From assembly GCA_050250895.1 (NCBI GenBank), contig JBFWNU010000001.1, positions 64,001 through 128,000 on the forward strand: DNA of 64,000 nt, given 5' to 3'. Positions within the stretch are counted from its first letter, which is position 1. Every line of letters begins with the position of its first letter. The notes under the pieces were generated by a model. It had not been told where the DNA came from and searched no databases. It was given only the letters and a program-made list of their open reading frames with translations. This stretch comes from Vulcanimicrobiota bacterium (GTDB taxonomy: Bacteria; Vulcanimicrobiota; Xenobia; Xenobiales; JADMJV01). Below, one piece after another: positions 38,425 through 48,076 of the stretch. The position numbers and the translations under genes are program-made.

Positions 38425-41400
38425 ATGCGGGTCAATCCATCAAATATCAAGCCAACATCCCCCCCGGTGCAACGGGCTGAAACCAGCCCCACGCCCCCCG
38501 AGTCAGAGAAAGTCGACTCGGTCGACATCTCTAAAGACGGCCCTCTCAAGAAGGCCGGGCAGATTGCGCGGCGGGTGGGCCGCTGGCTGGCGGGCGCCTA
38601 TGACGCTACCAAGACCGCCATGGCGATCGCTCCCACCCTGGGACACCTGGTGATCGCCCGCGAGCTGGCCCGCCTCGAAGGTTTCGTGACCGGCAAAGAG
38701 CCGATGACTGCCATCGACTACCTACGCGCCCGAGCCCCCGGACTCTACTCCCGCAATATCAGTGGGCTGCTCGACGTGGCGTCGGGTCCTAGTGAATCGA
38801 TGGGTCTTTCCCTGGATAGCCTGCTCGAGGTCGAGCGCCATTTCTATCAAGTGCTGGCTCCGGTCAAGAACGCCACCGGCATCAAACAGGTGCCCCCTTT
38901 CATCCGCGAACTCGCCGAAGCCCCGTTTCGTCCACCGGGCACCCCTTACAGCGCCTTCGTTTTTCTGGGTGACCAGCGCAAAGCCGACGCCGCCCACATC
39001 ATGACTCTGTGGAACAGCCCTGACCGCCCCCCGGTCAATCCCTTTGACGAGACCGACGATCGCCACCGCATCTGGCAGGCGCTGGGCGAGATGTCCCAGG
39101 AGAACACCCTGCCCGTTTTCGTCGACCTTGACAACAACGCTTTCACCTATACCGGCACCGAGTTCATGGCCAAGCGCACGCTGGCCTCGATGGTCGAGCG
39201 CAACAACAACTTCGGGGATGGCTTCCTCGATGCCGGGCTCTACTACAGCTGGCTGACCACCCGCCTTGACTCGTATTATAAGGTGCTCGAGCCCTGGCTG
39301 CGCGAGCGCAATCCCGAGCTGGTCGGCCAGACCGATCAGATCAAGACGGCCCTCACCCCACCCTGGCTCGGCGGTAGCAAGAGCGGCCTGGGCCCCTGGC
39401 CCTCGACCGGCGCCGTCGGGAAGGCCCTCGACATCTTTCGAGAGCTCGGCAAGAAAGTCGACTACGACAAGGAGACGGCCGAGGGATTGTGCGCCTTCGC
39501 CGATGCCGCCGTCACCCTGGACCGCGATCTGCTGACCGGGGTCCAGACCCACTGGATCAAGTTGCTGCGAGAGGTCGGTCACGAAGGCCGTCATGACATT
39601 CTCAAGCCGCTGCAACGCGCCTGGATTCACCTCAACATCATCGACCCCAGCCACCCCGATTTCGATCTCGTTTCTCCCGCGCAGGCTCCCTTGCTGGAGG
39701 TGCTCGAGGGTCCGCCGCCCGTCATCCATCGGCGTCCCTATGACCGCTCGCTAGCCATTGGCGAGGTGGTCGACCACAGTCTCGACGGGTTGGGCATCAG
39801 CGAGCGCCGGGCTTATGTCACCGAAACCAAAGCCGGCATTGCCGCCCACAAAGGCAACCTCGAGCGCCGCGAACTGCGCGTGCGCGAGGCCGTTCCCAAC
39901 TATGGGGGGCTCGACATCGGCCGGGTGCTGCGCGGCGAGTATGAATTGAGCGAAGTCAACGAGCGGCTCAAAGAGCTCAAGGCCTCGCTCAACGGCGAAG
40001 AACTACCTCGCGACCAGAACCTCGAGGTACATCGCCATTACGCCATTCTCGACTGGTATGCCAACGCCGACCGCCGCTACGGCGACGTGGATATCGGATT
40101 GCTGGCCGACGCGCCGCTATTTCGCGAGAGTCCGCTGGCGGTGAGCGAGTATTATCAGCCCGGCCAGACCGGCTACGTCAGCATGTTCCCGCCCGAAAAG
40201 CCGGCCGAGGTCAAGCTGGCCGAAGGCCAGCAAGAGCCCAAAGTCATGAACGTTTCGCAGGTGTTCGAGGGCGGCGGCGGCCGCGGTTTTGCCTATGTCG
40301 AGTGTCTCAAACAGTTGCACGAGAGCCTTGAGAAGAACGAAGGCCTCTTCCGCATCGACGAGTTCGTGGGAACTTCGGCCGGGTCGATCACGGCCATGTT
40401 CCGGGCTGCAGGCTTTCAACCCAACGAGATGCGGGGCGTGCTCGAGCGCGTCGACTTCAAGGAATTCAACTCCGACGCCATCTGGTTGATGGGCGGGGTG
40501 GACCCGAAGGTGCGTGGGGTGAACCGCACCGGCATCTTCTCGATGCAGAAGATGTACAAGACCGTCTATCAGCTGCTTTCAGAGAAGTTGGGCATCGAAG
40601 GGCGACCGATTCTGTTCCGCGATCTGCCCAACAAGCTCAAGCTGGTCACCATCGTGCTCAACACCGACCTGCCCGAAGACGATCCGCTGCGCCAACTCAT
40701 CGCCGACGACGGCCGGTTCGTCATGAGCAGCGAAACCACACCCAATTTCGACGTGGTGGGCGCAGTGCTGGCCTCTTCAGCCGTCCCCGGCTACTTTCAC
40801 TCTCCCCAGATGGAGGTGGCCCGAGCCGGCACCGATGACGAGGGAAATCAAGAGATTCGTCGCTATCGCATGCAATTTAGCGACGGAGGCGTGGTCGACA
40901 ACCTGTCCATTTCTTCGGCCACCAAGGACTCCGACAAGCGCGCCCTGCTGGTACTCCCCGCCCACTACCAGACCGTCGACCCCGAAACCGGCGAAGTCAT
41001 CAGTCTCGACACCCTCAACTTCGACACCTCGAATCTCGACAAGATCGACGAGCACAACAAGATGCTCTATCGTCGTTTCACCCCGCAGCTGAGCGAACTG
41101 CTTCATCAGGCCAACCAGCTGGGCACCGAGCGCACAGTCATGGCCTTCAATCTCGGCACCGACAGCCAGCAGAAGCTTCCGGCCCTGCTGGGCTCGAACT
41201 ATGACCAGACCGAAGAATTACACCAACTGGCCGAGCTGCAAGGCTTTGCTCGCCTTTCGATGGAGGATAGCCGGGCCGTGGTCGACAGCGCCACCTCGAA
41301 GCCGGGCACGTTCAACAAGGTTCTGGGTTTCCTCTTCGATCGCTACGTCGACGGGGTCAGCGGCGAAGACAACGGATTCGAGCCGACCCACGACGGCGGC

Positions 41401-41613
41401 AAGTTCCATCCCGGCACCACCGAAGAAGAAGATATTCTCGACATCGGCCGTTCAGCCGGAGCCTGCGCCCTGGCCAACACCACCGAAGAGTTCCACCAGC
41501 GACGCTTCGAGACGCCGCCGAACGCAGACGGAAGTCGAGCAGACGGTAGTCGAGCAGACGGTAGTGGTCAGACGGTAGACGGTAGAAGTTCTGGGTGGAA
41601 ACTGACATCCTAG
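38425..41613 (+). CDS. Large patatin-like phospholipase
   Basis: C-terminal GGGGRG oxyanion loop, GTSAG nucleophile and DGG motif, after a ~600-aa N-terminal region of unknown function. Confidence 0.88.
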   Translation: MRVNPSNIKPTSPPVQRAETSPTPPESEKVDSVDISKDGPLKKAGQIARRVGRWLAGAYDATKTAMAIAPTLGHLVIARELARLEGFVTGKEPMTAIDYLRARAPGLYSRNISGLLDVASGPSESMGLSLDSLLEVERHFYQVLAPVKNATGIKQVPPFIRELAEAPFRPPGTPYSAFVFLGDQRKADAAHIMTLWNSPDRPPVNPFDETDDRHRIWQALGEMSQENTLPVFVDLDNNAFTYTGTEFMAKRTLASMVERNNNFGDGFLDAGLYYSWLTTRLDSYYKVLEPWLRERNPELVGQTDQIKTALTPPWLGGSKSGLGPWPSTGAVGKALDIFRELGKKVDYDKETAEGLCAFADAAVTLDRDLLTGVQTHWIKLLREVGHEGRHDILKPLQRAWIHLNIIDPSHPDFDLVSPAQAPLLEVLEGPPPVIHRRPYDRSLAIGEVVDHSLDGLGISERRAYVTETKAGIAAHKGNLERRELRVREAVPNYGGLDIGRVLRGEYELSEVNERLKELKASLNGEELPRDQNLEVHRHYAILDWYANADRRYGDVDIGLLADAPLFRESPLAVSEYYQPGQTGYVSMFPPEKPAEVKLAEGQQEPKVMNVSQVFEGGGGRGFAYVECLKQLHESLEKNEGLFRIDEFVGTSAGSITAMFRAAGFQPNEMRGVLERVDFKEFNSDAIWLMGGVDPKVRGVNRTGIFSMQKMYKTVYQLLSEKLGIEGRPILFRDLPNKLKLVTIVLNTDLPEDDPLRQLIADDGRFVMSSETTPNFDVVGAVLASSAVPGYFHSPQMEVARAGTDDEGNQEIRRYRMQFSDGGVVDNLSISSATKDSDKRALLVLPAHYQTVDPETGEVISLDTLNFDTSNLDKIDEHNKMLYRRFTPQLSELLHQANQLGTERTVMAFNLGTDSQQKLPALLGSNYDQTEELHQLAELQGFARLSMEDSRAVVDSATSKPGTFNKVLGFLFDRYVDGVSGEDNGFEPTHDGGKFHPGTTEEEDILDIGRSAGACALANTTEEFHQRRFETPPNADGSRADGSRADGSGQTVDGRSSGWKLTS
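41526..41586 (+). repeat. Short degenerate 15-nt tandem repeats (AGACGGTAGTCGAGC) within the patatin 3' end
   Basis: Encodes ADGSR-ADGSR-ADGSG. Confidence 0.7.
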
Positions 41614-41905
41614 TCAGCCCAGCGGCGCGGCGCGCAGCGCCGATAGGGAGTGACGAGAACGCCACCCACGTTCCCGAGTCGCCCCCTGATCATACGTTCT
41701 CGTCAATCCCGTCAAGCCGCGGCCGGGCTGACGAGCATTTGGTAGTCAGCCCAGCGGCGCGGCGCGCAGCGCCGATAGGGAGTGACGAGAACGCCACCCA
41801 CGTTCCCGAGTCGCCCCCTGATCATACGTTCTCGTCAATCCCGTCAAGCCGCGGCCGGGCTGACGCTCACATCGTAGTCAGCCCAGCGGCGCGGCGCGCA
41901 GCGCC
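41611..41905. repeat. 132-nt tandem repeat (2 full copies plus a partial one) with nested inverted repeats
   Basis: Copies start at 41611, 41743 and 41875. Each full copy has GTCAGCCC...GGGCTGAC termini and an inner GACGAGAACG...CGTTCTCGTC stem. Confidence 0.92.
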
Positions 41906-41939
41906 AGGAGGGTGGCTACTGGGGCTGGTATTGGTGCTC

Positions 41940-42788
41940 ATGCTGATCAATCCAATTCAGGCTGATCCCTATCGCGACCAGATTGACGAATGGCACCGGA
42001 CCCGCCTCGAGAGCCTGCACCGGCCCGACGGCTGGTTGAGCCTGGTCGCCCTGCACTGGCTCGACGATGGCCGCGCCTACACCCTCGGCTCGCAGGCCGA
42101 CCTCGACCTGCCCGATTCGGCTCCGCCCGTGTTGGCCCGCGTGAGTCGCCAGGGCAAACAGGTTCGCTTCGAGTTCACCCAGCCGGTGCAGTGGGGCGAA
42201 GAGCAAGTCTCCCAGGCCGAGGTGTCGACCGGCGATCCCGAAGGAGCCAAGCCCTTCCGCTTCGGCAGCCTGTTGTGGTATGCGATCGAACGCGACGGCC
42301 AGGTGGGTCTGCGGATCAAGGATAGCCAGAGCCCAGTCAGAACGAATTTCACCGGCATCGAACGCTTTCCCGTGGATGCCCAATGGCGAGTCGCCGCCCG
42401 GTTGGTGGCCCATCCGGGAAAAGTCGAAGTGCCGTCGGTGCTGGGCGGTCAGACCAGCGAAGACTCTCCCGGAGAGGTCGTCTTCACCCATCAGGGACGG
42501 GAATATCGTCTCAAAGCCCTGGCCGAGCCAGGCGAGACGGGGTTGTTCATCATTTTCGCCGATAAGACCAACGGAAAGTCGACCTATGGGGCAGGGCGAT
42601 TTCTCTACACCGAGGCGCCCGAGGCCGATGGCAGCGTCTGGCTCGACTTCAACAAAGCCTACAACCCCCCGTGCACATTTACACATTTTGCTACATGTCC
42701 GCTCCCCCCAGGCCAAAATCGACTCGATTTTGAAGTCCTGGCGGGAGAAAAGCAGTACACTTCTGATACATTTCCCCACAAAGATTGA
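41940..42788 (+). CDS. DUF1684 domain protein
   Basis: DGWLSLVALHWL, FADKTNGKSTYGAGRFL and DFNKAYNPPC..FATCPLPP motifs. Start uncertain: the frame is open from 41595 through the repeats. Confidence 0.88.
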   Translation: MLINPIQADPYRDQIDEWHRTRLESLHRPDGWLSLVALHWLDDGRAYTLGSQADLDLPDSAPPVLARVSRQGKQVRFEFTQPVQWGEEQVSQAEVSTGDPEGAKPFRFGSLLWYAIERDGQVGLRIKDSQSPVRTNFTGIERFPVDAQWRVAARLVAHPGKVEVPSVLGGQTSEDSPGEVVFTHQGREYRLKALAEPGETGLFIIFADKTNGKSTYGAGRFLYTEAPEADGSVWLDFNKAYNPPCTFTHFATCPLPPGQNRLDFEVLAGEKQYTSDTFPHKD

Positions 42789-42843
42789 CTACAACTTCAG
42801 GTAGAGTGGCCTGGATAGGAGGTCGAGCTTGAAATATTCTTCG

Positions 42844-43533
42844 ATGCCCCCCAGTGAAACCGGCCATCGCGGACGCGTGCTGGTGGTTGAGGACGAAACC
42901 GAGATCCGTGAATTCATCCGTCGCTACCTCGAAGACGACGGCTTTGAAGTCCTGACCGCCTCGAGCGGACACCAGGCATTGGACCTGGTCCACCAGCAGG
43001 TAGAGTTGCTGGTGCTCGACCTTGGCATTCCCGGTCCAGACGGCTTGGATATCATCCGCCGCCTGCGCGAATTTAGTCCAATTCCGATCCTCATCGTGTC
43101 AGCCCGAGGGGAAGGGGCCGACCGGGTCACCGGACTCGAACTCGGAGCCGACGACTACCTGACCAAGCCGTTTCTACCCCGCGAGCTGGTGGCTCGCGTC
43201 AAAGCCCTGCTGCGACGCTCGCGGCTGCCTTCGCTGGGCAGCCAGTCGAGCGGACCACTGGTGGTCGATCCCAATGCCCGTCGGGTGTTGCTCGAGGGCG
43301 AGCCGGTCGACCTGACCCCCCGCGAGTATGACCTGCTCAAGACGCTGGCCCTGGCTCCGGGCAAGAACTTCACCCGAGAAGAGCTACTCGATCGCGTCTG
43401 GGGGCCGGAGTACCTCGGCGACGCCCGCCGGGTCGACCTCTATATCAGCAAGATCCGGGCCAAACTCAGCCGACCCGGAAAGCCCGCTCCCATCCGCTCG
43501 ATCTGGGGAGTAGGCTACCGCTTCGAAAGTTGA
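42844..43533 (+). CDS. OmpR/PhoB family response regulator
   Basis: Receiver domain (VEDE, LDL, GADDYLTKPF) plus winged helix (LTPREYDLL, WGVGYRF). Confidence 0.95.
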   Translation: MPPSETGHRGRVLVVEDETEIREFIRRYLEDDGFEVLTASSGHQALDLVHQQVELLVLDLGIPGPDGLDIIRRLREFSPIPILIVSARGEGADRVTGLELGADDYLTKPFLPRELVARVKALLRRSRLPSLGSQSSGPLVVDPNARRVLLEGEPVDLTPREYDLLKTLALAPGKNFTREELLDRVWGPEYLGDARRVDLYISKIRAKLSRPGKPAPIRSIWGVGYRFES

Positions 43534-43600
43534 CCTTCCCTCAAAGGCAGGAGACCCCTGGTGCTGCTGGAATTTTTCTCAACACAAGGGGATTTAGCGC

Positions 43601-43888
43601 TTGCGACATTGGAAAACAGCCTCACTCTGGCTCAATTTGACCGCTTTCGCCCTGTTTTTGGTGGGTTCGGTCATGGTCTATCTGCTTCCGTCGCAACTGG
43701 CTCAACTGGGCCTGACGCCGGTGATGGGCAAGATCGTCTTGCTGCAACTGGTCAGCTTCATCCTCTTGCTCGGTGCATTTCAGACCTGGCTGGGTGACGG
43801 TTGGCGGCGGGCCTCTTTGGCCGCCTCCTTCCTAGTCCTGGGCGAGAGCCTGATGATCGCCGTGCTCTTTCCCACTATCCCGAGCTGA
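43601..43888 (+). CDS. Small membrane protein (3 TM)
   Basis: Hydrophobic 95-aa ORF with an AGGGG RBS-like sequence. Confidence 0.6.
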   Translation: MRHWKTASLWLNLTAFALFLVGSVMVYLLPSQLAQLGLTPVMGKIVLLQLVSFILLLGAFQTWLGDGWRRASLAASFLVLGESLMIAVLFPTIPS

Positions 43889-43921
43889 AGGATCCCATCT
43901 CTAACTGGCAAAGGTGAGCCG

Positions 43922-44470
43922 ATGACCAGGGCCCTACCGCCAGAACTCACCCGTGTTCTCCTCGCTGAGGAGCTGATCCAGCAACGCATCCGCGAACTGG
44001 CCGAGACCATTTCACGCGACTATCAGAATGAAGAACTCATTCTGCTTTGCGTACTCAAGGGCTCGCTGATGTTCACCTCAGACCTGATGCGCCATCTTGA
44101 CCTGCGCGTGATGGTCGACTTTATCGGCATCTCGTCGTATGGCGAGTCGACCCGCTCGTCAGGCGTAGTGCGCATCGTCAAGGACATGGAAGAGAACATC
44201 AGCGGACGCCACGTGCTGGTGATCGAAGACATCGTCGACACCGGCCTGACGCTCAACTATCTGCGTGGCGTGCTCAAGCTGCGCAATCCGGCCAGCGTGA
44301 AAATCGCGACCCTTCTCAGTAAGCCGTCGCGCCGCAAGGTCGATGTGCCCATCGACTATCTGGGCTTCGAGATCGACGATCATTTCGTGGTGGGTTACGG
44401 CCTCGACTACAAGAGTTTCTACCGCAACCTGCCCTACATCGGCATTCTCGACCCCTCGCGCGAAGGCTAG
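43922..44470 (+). CDS. hpt: Hypoxanthine phosphoribosyltransferase
   Basis: VLKGS, VLVIEDIVDTGLTL and FVVGYGLDY motifs. Confidence 0.96.
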   Translation: MTRALPPELTRVLLAEELIQQRIRELAETISRDYQNEELILLCVLKGSLMFTSDLMRHLDLRVMVDFIGISSYGESTRSSGVVRIVKDMEENISGRHVLVIEDIVDTGLTLNYLRGVLKLRNPASVKIATLLSKPSRRKVDVPIDYLGFEIDDHFVVGYGLDYKSFYRNLPYIGILDPSREG

Positions 44471-45597
44471 CGCCGGCGCAGGGCCAGGATGGTCACGTTG
44501 TCGCGGCCACCGGCTTCGAGGGCTTCATTGAGCAGCGCCTGAACGCAGGTCTTGAGGTTGTCGCCCTGCTCGGCCACGATCCGCTCGAGCACCCCCGGGT
44601 CGACCTCTCCGTTGAGACCGTCGCTGCACAGCAACAGCACGTCACCCGGTTGAAAATCCAGCACCGCGGCCTGAGTCCTGGATTTTTTCTTCCAGGCCGG
44701 CTCGACCAGCACTTTGCGTTCGGGAGGCGAGCCGCCCAGGCTCGAGGTCAGCCGGCTGCGCATCGGATGGGTGCGAGCCTCTTCCTCGCTGACCAGGCCC
44801 TCTTCTTGCAGATAGCGCACCACCGAGTGGTCCTGCGTCCGATAGATCACCTCGCCGTCGCGGAAGTGATACAGGCGAGAGTCGCCGGTATAAGCATGAA
44901 CCGCGAAGTCTTTGGTGATCACCGCAGCCACGGCGGTGGTCCCCATCCCCTGAAGCTTGAGTTCCTTAGAAGCCCGGTGTCGAATCGCTTCATCGGCCCG
45001 TTCGAAACTATCATGCATGGCTCGATGGACCGCTTTGGCCTCGTAAGAATCGAGCTTGCCGAGCATCCCTCCGATGGTTTTGACGGCCACGCTACTGGCC
45101 ACCGACCCACCCGAATGTCCGCCCATCCCGTCAGCCACCAAGGCCAAAACCCCCTCGCGACCCACATCGAGCAAGAAGCGGTCCTGATTCTCGCTGCGGA
45201 CCAGACCCTGGTGGGTAGTGGCGTAGCCCTCGAGCCAATCGAAGCCGAACAGTTCGACCGTGTCGTCAGAGGCGCTAGCCCCCTCCTCGGCGGCCGGCTC
45301 ATCAGCCGCCCCCGCGCTCTCTTCGGGCTGCTCATCCTCGTCTTCGCGACGCGGCTCGCCACTGACTAAAAGCGTCGACCAGCTACCGCTACGGGCTACC
45401 ATCAGCAGCAAGAAGGCAGCCATCCCACCCAGAACGACGCCAAAGAACATCTTCAAGAGGGAACGCAGGTCAGGCCCGTCGTTACCCTCGAACTCTATTT
45501 CCTTAAACACCCGCGTCTGTTCTACCCGGGCGCCCCCGGATCCCCCCCGAACGCGATTGGGCCACTCGACATCCCTGTAACAGATTGGTAACAGCAA
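44467..45597 (-). CDS. PP2C-family Ser/Thr phosphatase with an N-terminal TM anchor
   Basis: VADGMGGH, GMGTT, GDSRLY, LCSDGL and GGRDNVT motifs. Start uncertain. Confidence 0.92.
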   Translation of the reverse strand: MLLPICYRDVEWPNRVRGGSGGARVEQTRVFKEIEFEGNDGPDLRSLLKMFFGVVLGGMAAFLLLMVARSGSWSTLLVSGEPRREDEDEQPEESAGAADEPAAEEGASASDDTVELFGFDWLEGYATTHQGLVRSENQDRFLLDVGREGVLALVADGMGGHSGGSVASSVAVKTIGGMLGKLDSYEAKAVHRAMHDSFERADEAIRHRASKELKLQGMGTTAVAAVITKDFAVHAYTGDSRLYHFRDGEVIYRTQDHSVVRYLQEEGLVSEEEARTHPMRSRLTSSLGGSPPERKVLVEPAWKKKSRTQAAVLDFQPGDVLLLCSDGLNGEVDPGVLERIVAEQGDNLKTCVQALLNEALEAGGRDNVTILALRRR

Positions 45598-45671
45598 GGG
45601 CGAATTTCCGGCTTATGATGACGTCGTCCCGGGGGGGAAAAAACCCGGAAGCAAGTCGAGAGGACCAGGCA

Positions 45672-45839
45672 ATGCAGTCATATTCTTACCAACCGGAGCC
45701 TCGCGCAGAAAGCAGTGCCAAGCCTGCCGTTGGCCCTAGCGCTCACTGGTCGCACCTTCGCCGCCACGGTCAGGCGGACGTGCTCGCCAGCAAGGCTCGA
45801 GACTACATCCAGGCGATGCTTCGCCAAGATGGAAAGTAA
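45672..45839 (+). CDS. Small hypothetical protein
   Basis: GAGGA RBS before ATG (MQSYSYQPEP...); followed by a terminator. Confidence 0.5.
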   Translation: MQSYSYQPEPRAESSAKPAVGPSAHWSHLRRHGQADVLASKARDYIQAMLRQDGK

Positions 45840-45880
45840 CAAAGTTTCTTACCGATAGCGTCGTTCATTAGCTCCTGTTT

Positions 45881-45912
45881 GCCACCGCCTAAAAACGGTG
45901 GCCTTTTTTTTT
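45881..45912 (+). terminator. Intrinsic terminator
   Basis: GCCACCG...CGGTGGC hairpin followed by a long T-run. Confidence 0.75.
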
Positions 45913-45926
45913 GCGCAGCGGGAGAA

Positions 45927-46382
45927 CTAGTTGAGCAGACGGCGCTTGAGCAGGCGAATCTCGGTGGACTGAGCGTTGTAGGAAAAGCCCAACTCGTCGA
46001 CCAGGTGGCGCAACAGCGTCAGTCCGAGACGTCGTTCGCCGGGGCCAAGACCAGGCAGGCGACCCAGCCCATCTTCGCCGACTCGCGAGAGGGTCACCTC
46101 GACCTCGACTCCGTCGCCATTGAGAAAAGAACGAATATTGAGCCGCGATGTGCTCGAGAGCCCGGAATCGAAAGCCTGGTAACAGGCCTCTCCAACCGCC
46201 AGCTTCAAGTCCTCGATCTCTTCGATGTTGAAGCAGAGGGCGTTGCCCAGTCCCGCCATGATCAAGCGGGCGATGCGAATGAATTCGGGCCGGGCGGGAA
46301 TTTCCAGAGCAAACTGTCGCAGTTCCTGAGTCACGACCAGAGTATACCCTCGGGCCTTTGACTCTAAAACGCACGAAAGCAA
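45927..46382 (-). CDS. RsbW-like anti-sigma factor / HATPase_c protein
   Basis: IPARPEFIRIARL, EEIEDLKLAVGEAC and LGLTLLRHLVDE motifs. Start uncertain. Confidence 0.85.
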   Translation of the reverse strand: MLSCVLESKARGYTLVVTQELRQFALEIPARPEFIRIARLIMAGLGNALCFNIEEIEDLKLAVGEACYQAFDSGLSSTSRLNIRSFLNGDGVEVEVTLSRVGEDGLGRLPGLGPGERRLGLTLLRHLVDELGFSYNAQSTEIRLLKRRLLN

Positions 46383-46395
46383 GCAGAATCAGGGT

Positions 46396-47451
46396 TTAGA
46401 GAGGAGGTCCGGGGGGAAGGACCACCCTTTTCGGCCGGGCCTCTTCGCCCTCTTCGGACTGAGCCGGGCGACCCGGAACATCCGCGAACACGACCACGAT
46501 GCGACCGTTCTCTACACCAAATTGGGACACCTTGCACTCGACCTGGCAGGGAACCTTGGGCCAGGGATTGATCATCACCGACTCGTTAGTCACCTCGATG
46601 AGGCCGCGGGCCTTCTTCTCGAAGGTGCGGATCAGGCCAAGCAACAGATTGCGCGAAAATCCAGGCAGCCCGATGTTGGTCCCCGGCACGTAGAACCGGT
46701 CGAAGTAGATGCCGAACAGGTTGTGCTTGGTCTCGAGGCGCAAGTCGACGCGAAAGGAAAGCGATAGACCCATCTTGACGCTGCCGCCGACAACCATCTT
46801 CTGCCCCGGCAACTCGATATGGAGATCATGGACCACATCGGGAGCCTTGCTCTTGCCCACGGCCAGGGCCCGGCCCAGGAACTTCTCGGCCACTTCGACC
46901 CGCAGCCCGTGAATGACCACCATGGTATTGGCCAGAGCCGCCTTCTTGTTAGGATTGTTGAGGTCGAAGTCGTAAAGGCGCACCAGCACGTCCTTGACCA
47001 CCACGCACTCCTCGTCGCCCAGCAGCAGCCTGACCTTGTCCAGCTTGACCTCGAGTTCTAGCACTTTCTTGGCGGTCAGCTTGACACTCAGTTTGAGGTT
47101 GTCGAGGATCACCGTGTCGAACAGTTCGTGGGCCCGCGCGGCCAGCGGTTCTTTGATGACCTCCGCCAGACGGGCGAAAAAGGGTGGCGCCATCTTCAAC
47201 ACCATGTGCCCCACCACTGGCTTGAGCCGAATGGAGGGGTCGGTGGGGGTAGGCGGGATCACGTCTTCGAGGCCGAATTTGAGGTGCTGGAAGCTCAGAC
47301 CCTCGAGCTTGCCGTCGCCAGCGCTGAGATCGACAGAGTCGATCCCCGCAGCCACCGCCAGCGCTCCTCCGGGAGCTGTGTTGACCGAGGCCGTGGCCTG
47401 ATTCACGGCGACCGTATTGATTAGATTTAGATATTTACCGATCTGATCCAT
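46396..47451 (-). CDS. Hypothetical protein
   Basis: GAGGT RBS before ATG 47451 (MDQIGKY...); beta-rich C-terminal region. Confidence 0.75.
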   Translation of the reverse strand: MDQIGKYLNLINTVAVNQATASVNTAPGGALAVAAGIDSVDLSAGDGKLEGLSFQHLKFGLEDVIPPTPTDPSIRLKPVVGHMVLKMAPPFFARLAEVIKEPLAARAHELFDTVILDNLKLSVKLTAKKVLELEVKLDKVRLLLGDEECVVVKDVLVRLYDFDLNNPNKKAALANTMVVIHGLRVEVAEKFLGRALAVGKSKAPDVVHDLHIELPGQKMVVGGSVKMGLSLSFRVDLRLETKHNLFGIYFDRFYVPGTNIGLPGFSRNLLLGLIRTFEKKARGLIEVTNESVMINPWPKVPCQVECKVSQFGVENGRIVVVFADVPGRPAQSEEGEEARPKRVVLPPGPPL

Positions 47452-47479
47452 GCTTACCTCGAGCCGCGCTATTCTTGGC

Positions 47480-47746
47480 TCAGTAGATCCCTTCCTGGAA
47501 CGCCGACTTGGAAACGACCAGATCGATGGCGTGCTTATTGACGGTGACGAAGTCAGCACGGTAGAGCAAGCTGTCGCCCGAGATGGAATAGACCTCGGCG
47601 TTAGTGATGGGCAGAAAATCTCGAATCCGGTTGTTGAGCTCGTCAGAAAGGCGGGCGTCCATCAGCAGGTACAGTTCGCCCTCGACCCGATGATTGCGGG
47701 TGAAGATGATCACCTCGCGTCGCTCTTTGGGAATCTTCAGAGACAC
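47480..47746 (-). CDS. Small conserved hypothetical protein (DUF6812-like)
   Basis: HRVEGELYL..ARLSDELN...DFLPITNA...FVTVNK pattern. GTG 47746 with GAAGG RBS. Confidence 0.65.
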   Translation of the reverse strand: MSLKIPKERREVIIFTRNHRVEGELYLLMDARLSDELNNRIRDFLPITNAEVYSISGDSLLYRADFVTVNKHAIDLVVSKSAFQEGIY

Positions 47747-47808
47747 TCGGTAGCCTTCTTGAAGTCGGGCCCCAAGCCTGCTGCGCATCCTCCTGATGGT
47801 CATCTACC

Positions 47809-47837
47809 TTGACACAATCCGCGCCTCACCCTATAAT
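47809..47837 (+). promoter_or_regulatory. Perfect consensus sigma70 promoter of rplJL
   Basis: TTGACA (47809-14), 17 nt, TATAAT (47832-37). Confidence 0.9.
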
Positions 47838-47927
47838 GTCGCACTGAGAACAGAGGAAGGAAGAGCCTTTTCGACTCTTTCCGAGCGACCCGGGCGCGGG
47901 CCGCTCGACGGAAAAGCCAGGCCGCGG

Positions 47928-48036
47928 CCGCAGACAGCAGGTTTTGCATAAATCGCCCTCCGGGTGAGCCTGCCGAGGCAGCAAAGTCAGAGACCCCTCT
48001 GGCTTTCTACCTCCTGTCGGCGCGGGAGGTTTTTTC
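47928..48036 (+). promoter_or_regulatory. Ribosomal protein L10 leader with attenuator hairpin
   Basis: CCGCAGACAGCAGG...TAAA...CCTGCCGAGG core upstream of rplJ, followed by the terminator-like ACCTCCTG..CGGGAGGTTTTTT. Confidence 0.85.
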
Positions 48037-48076
48037 GTATCCCCCGGTCTCCGACAAGAGAGAGAGGAGGAACGCG

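Noticed and set aside
43922-44470. hpt displaced from tilS-ftsH as a novelty
   Set aside because: Ordinary local rearrangement.
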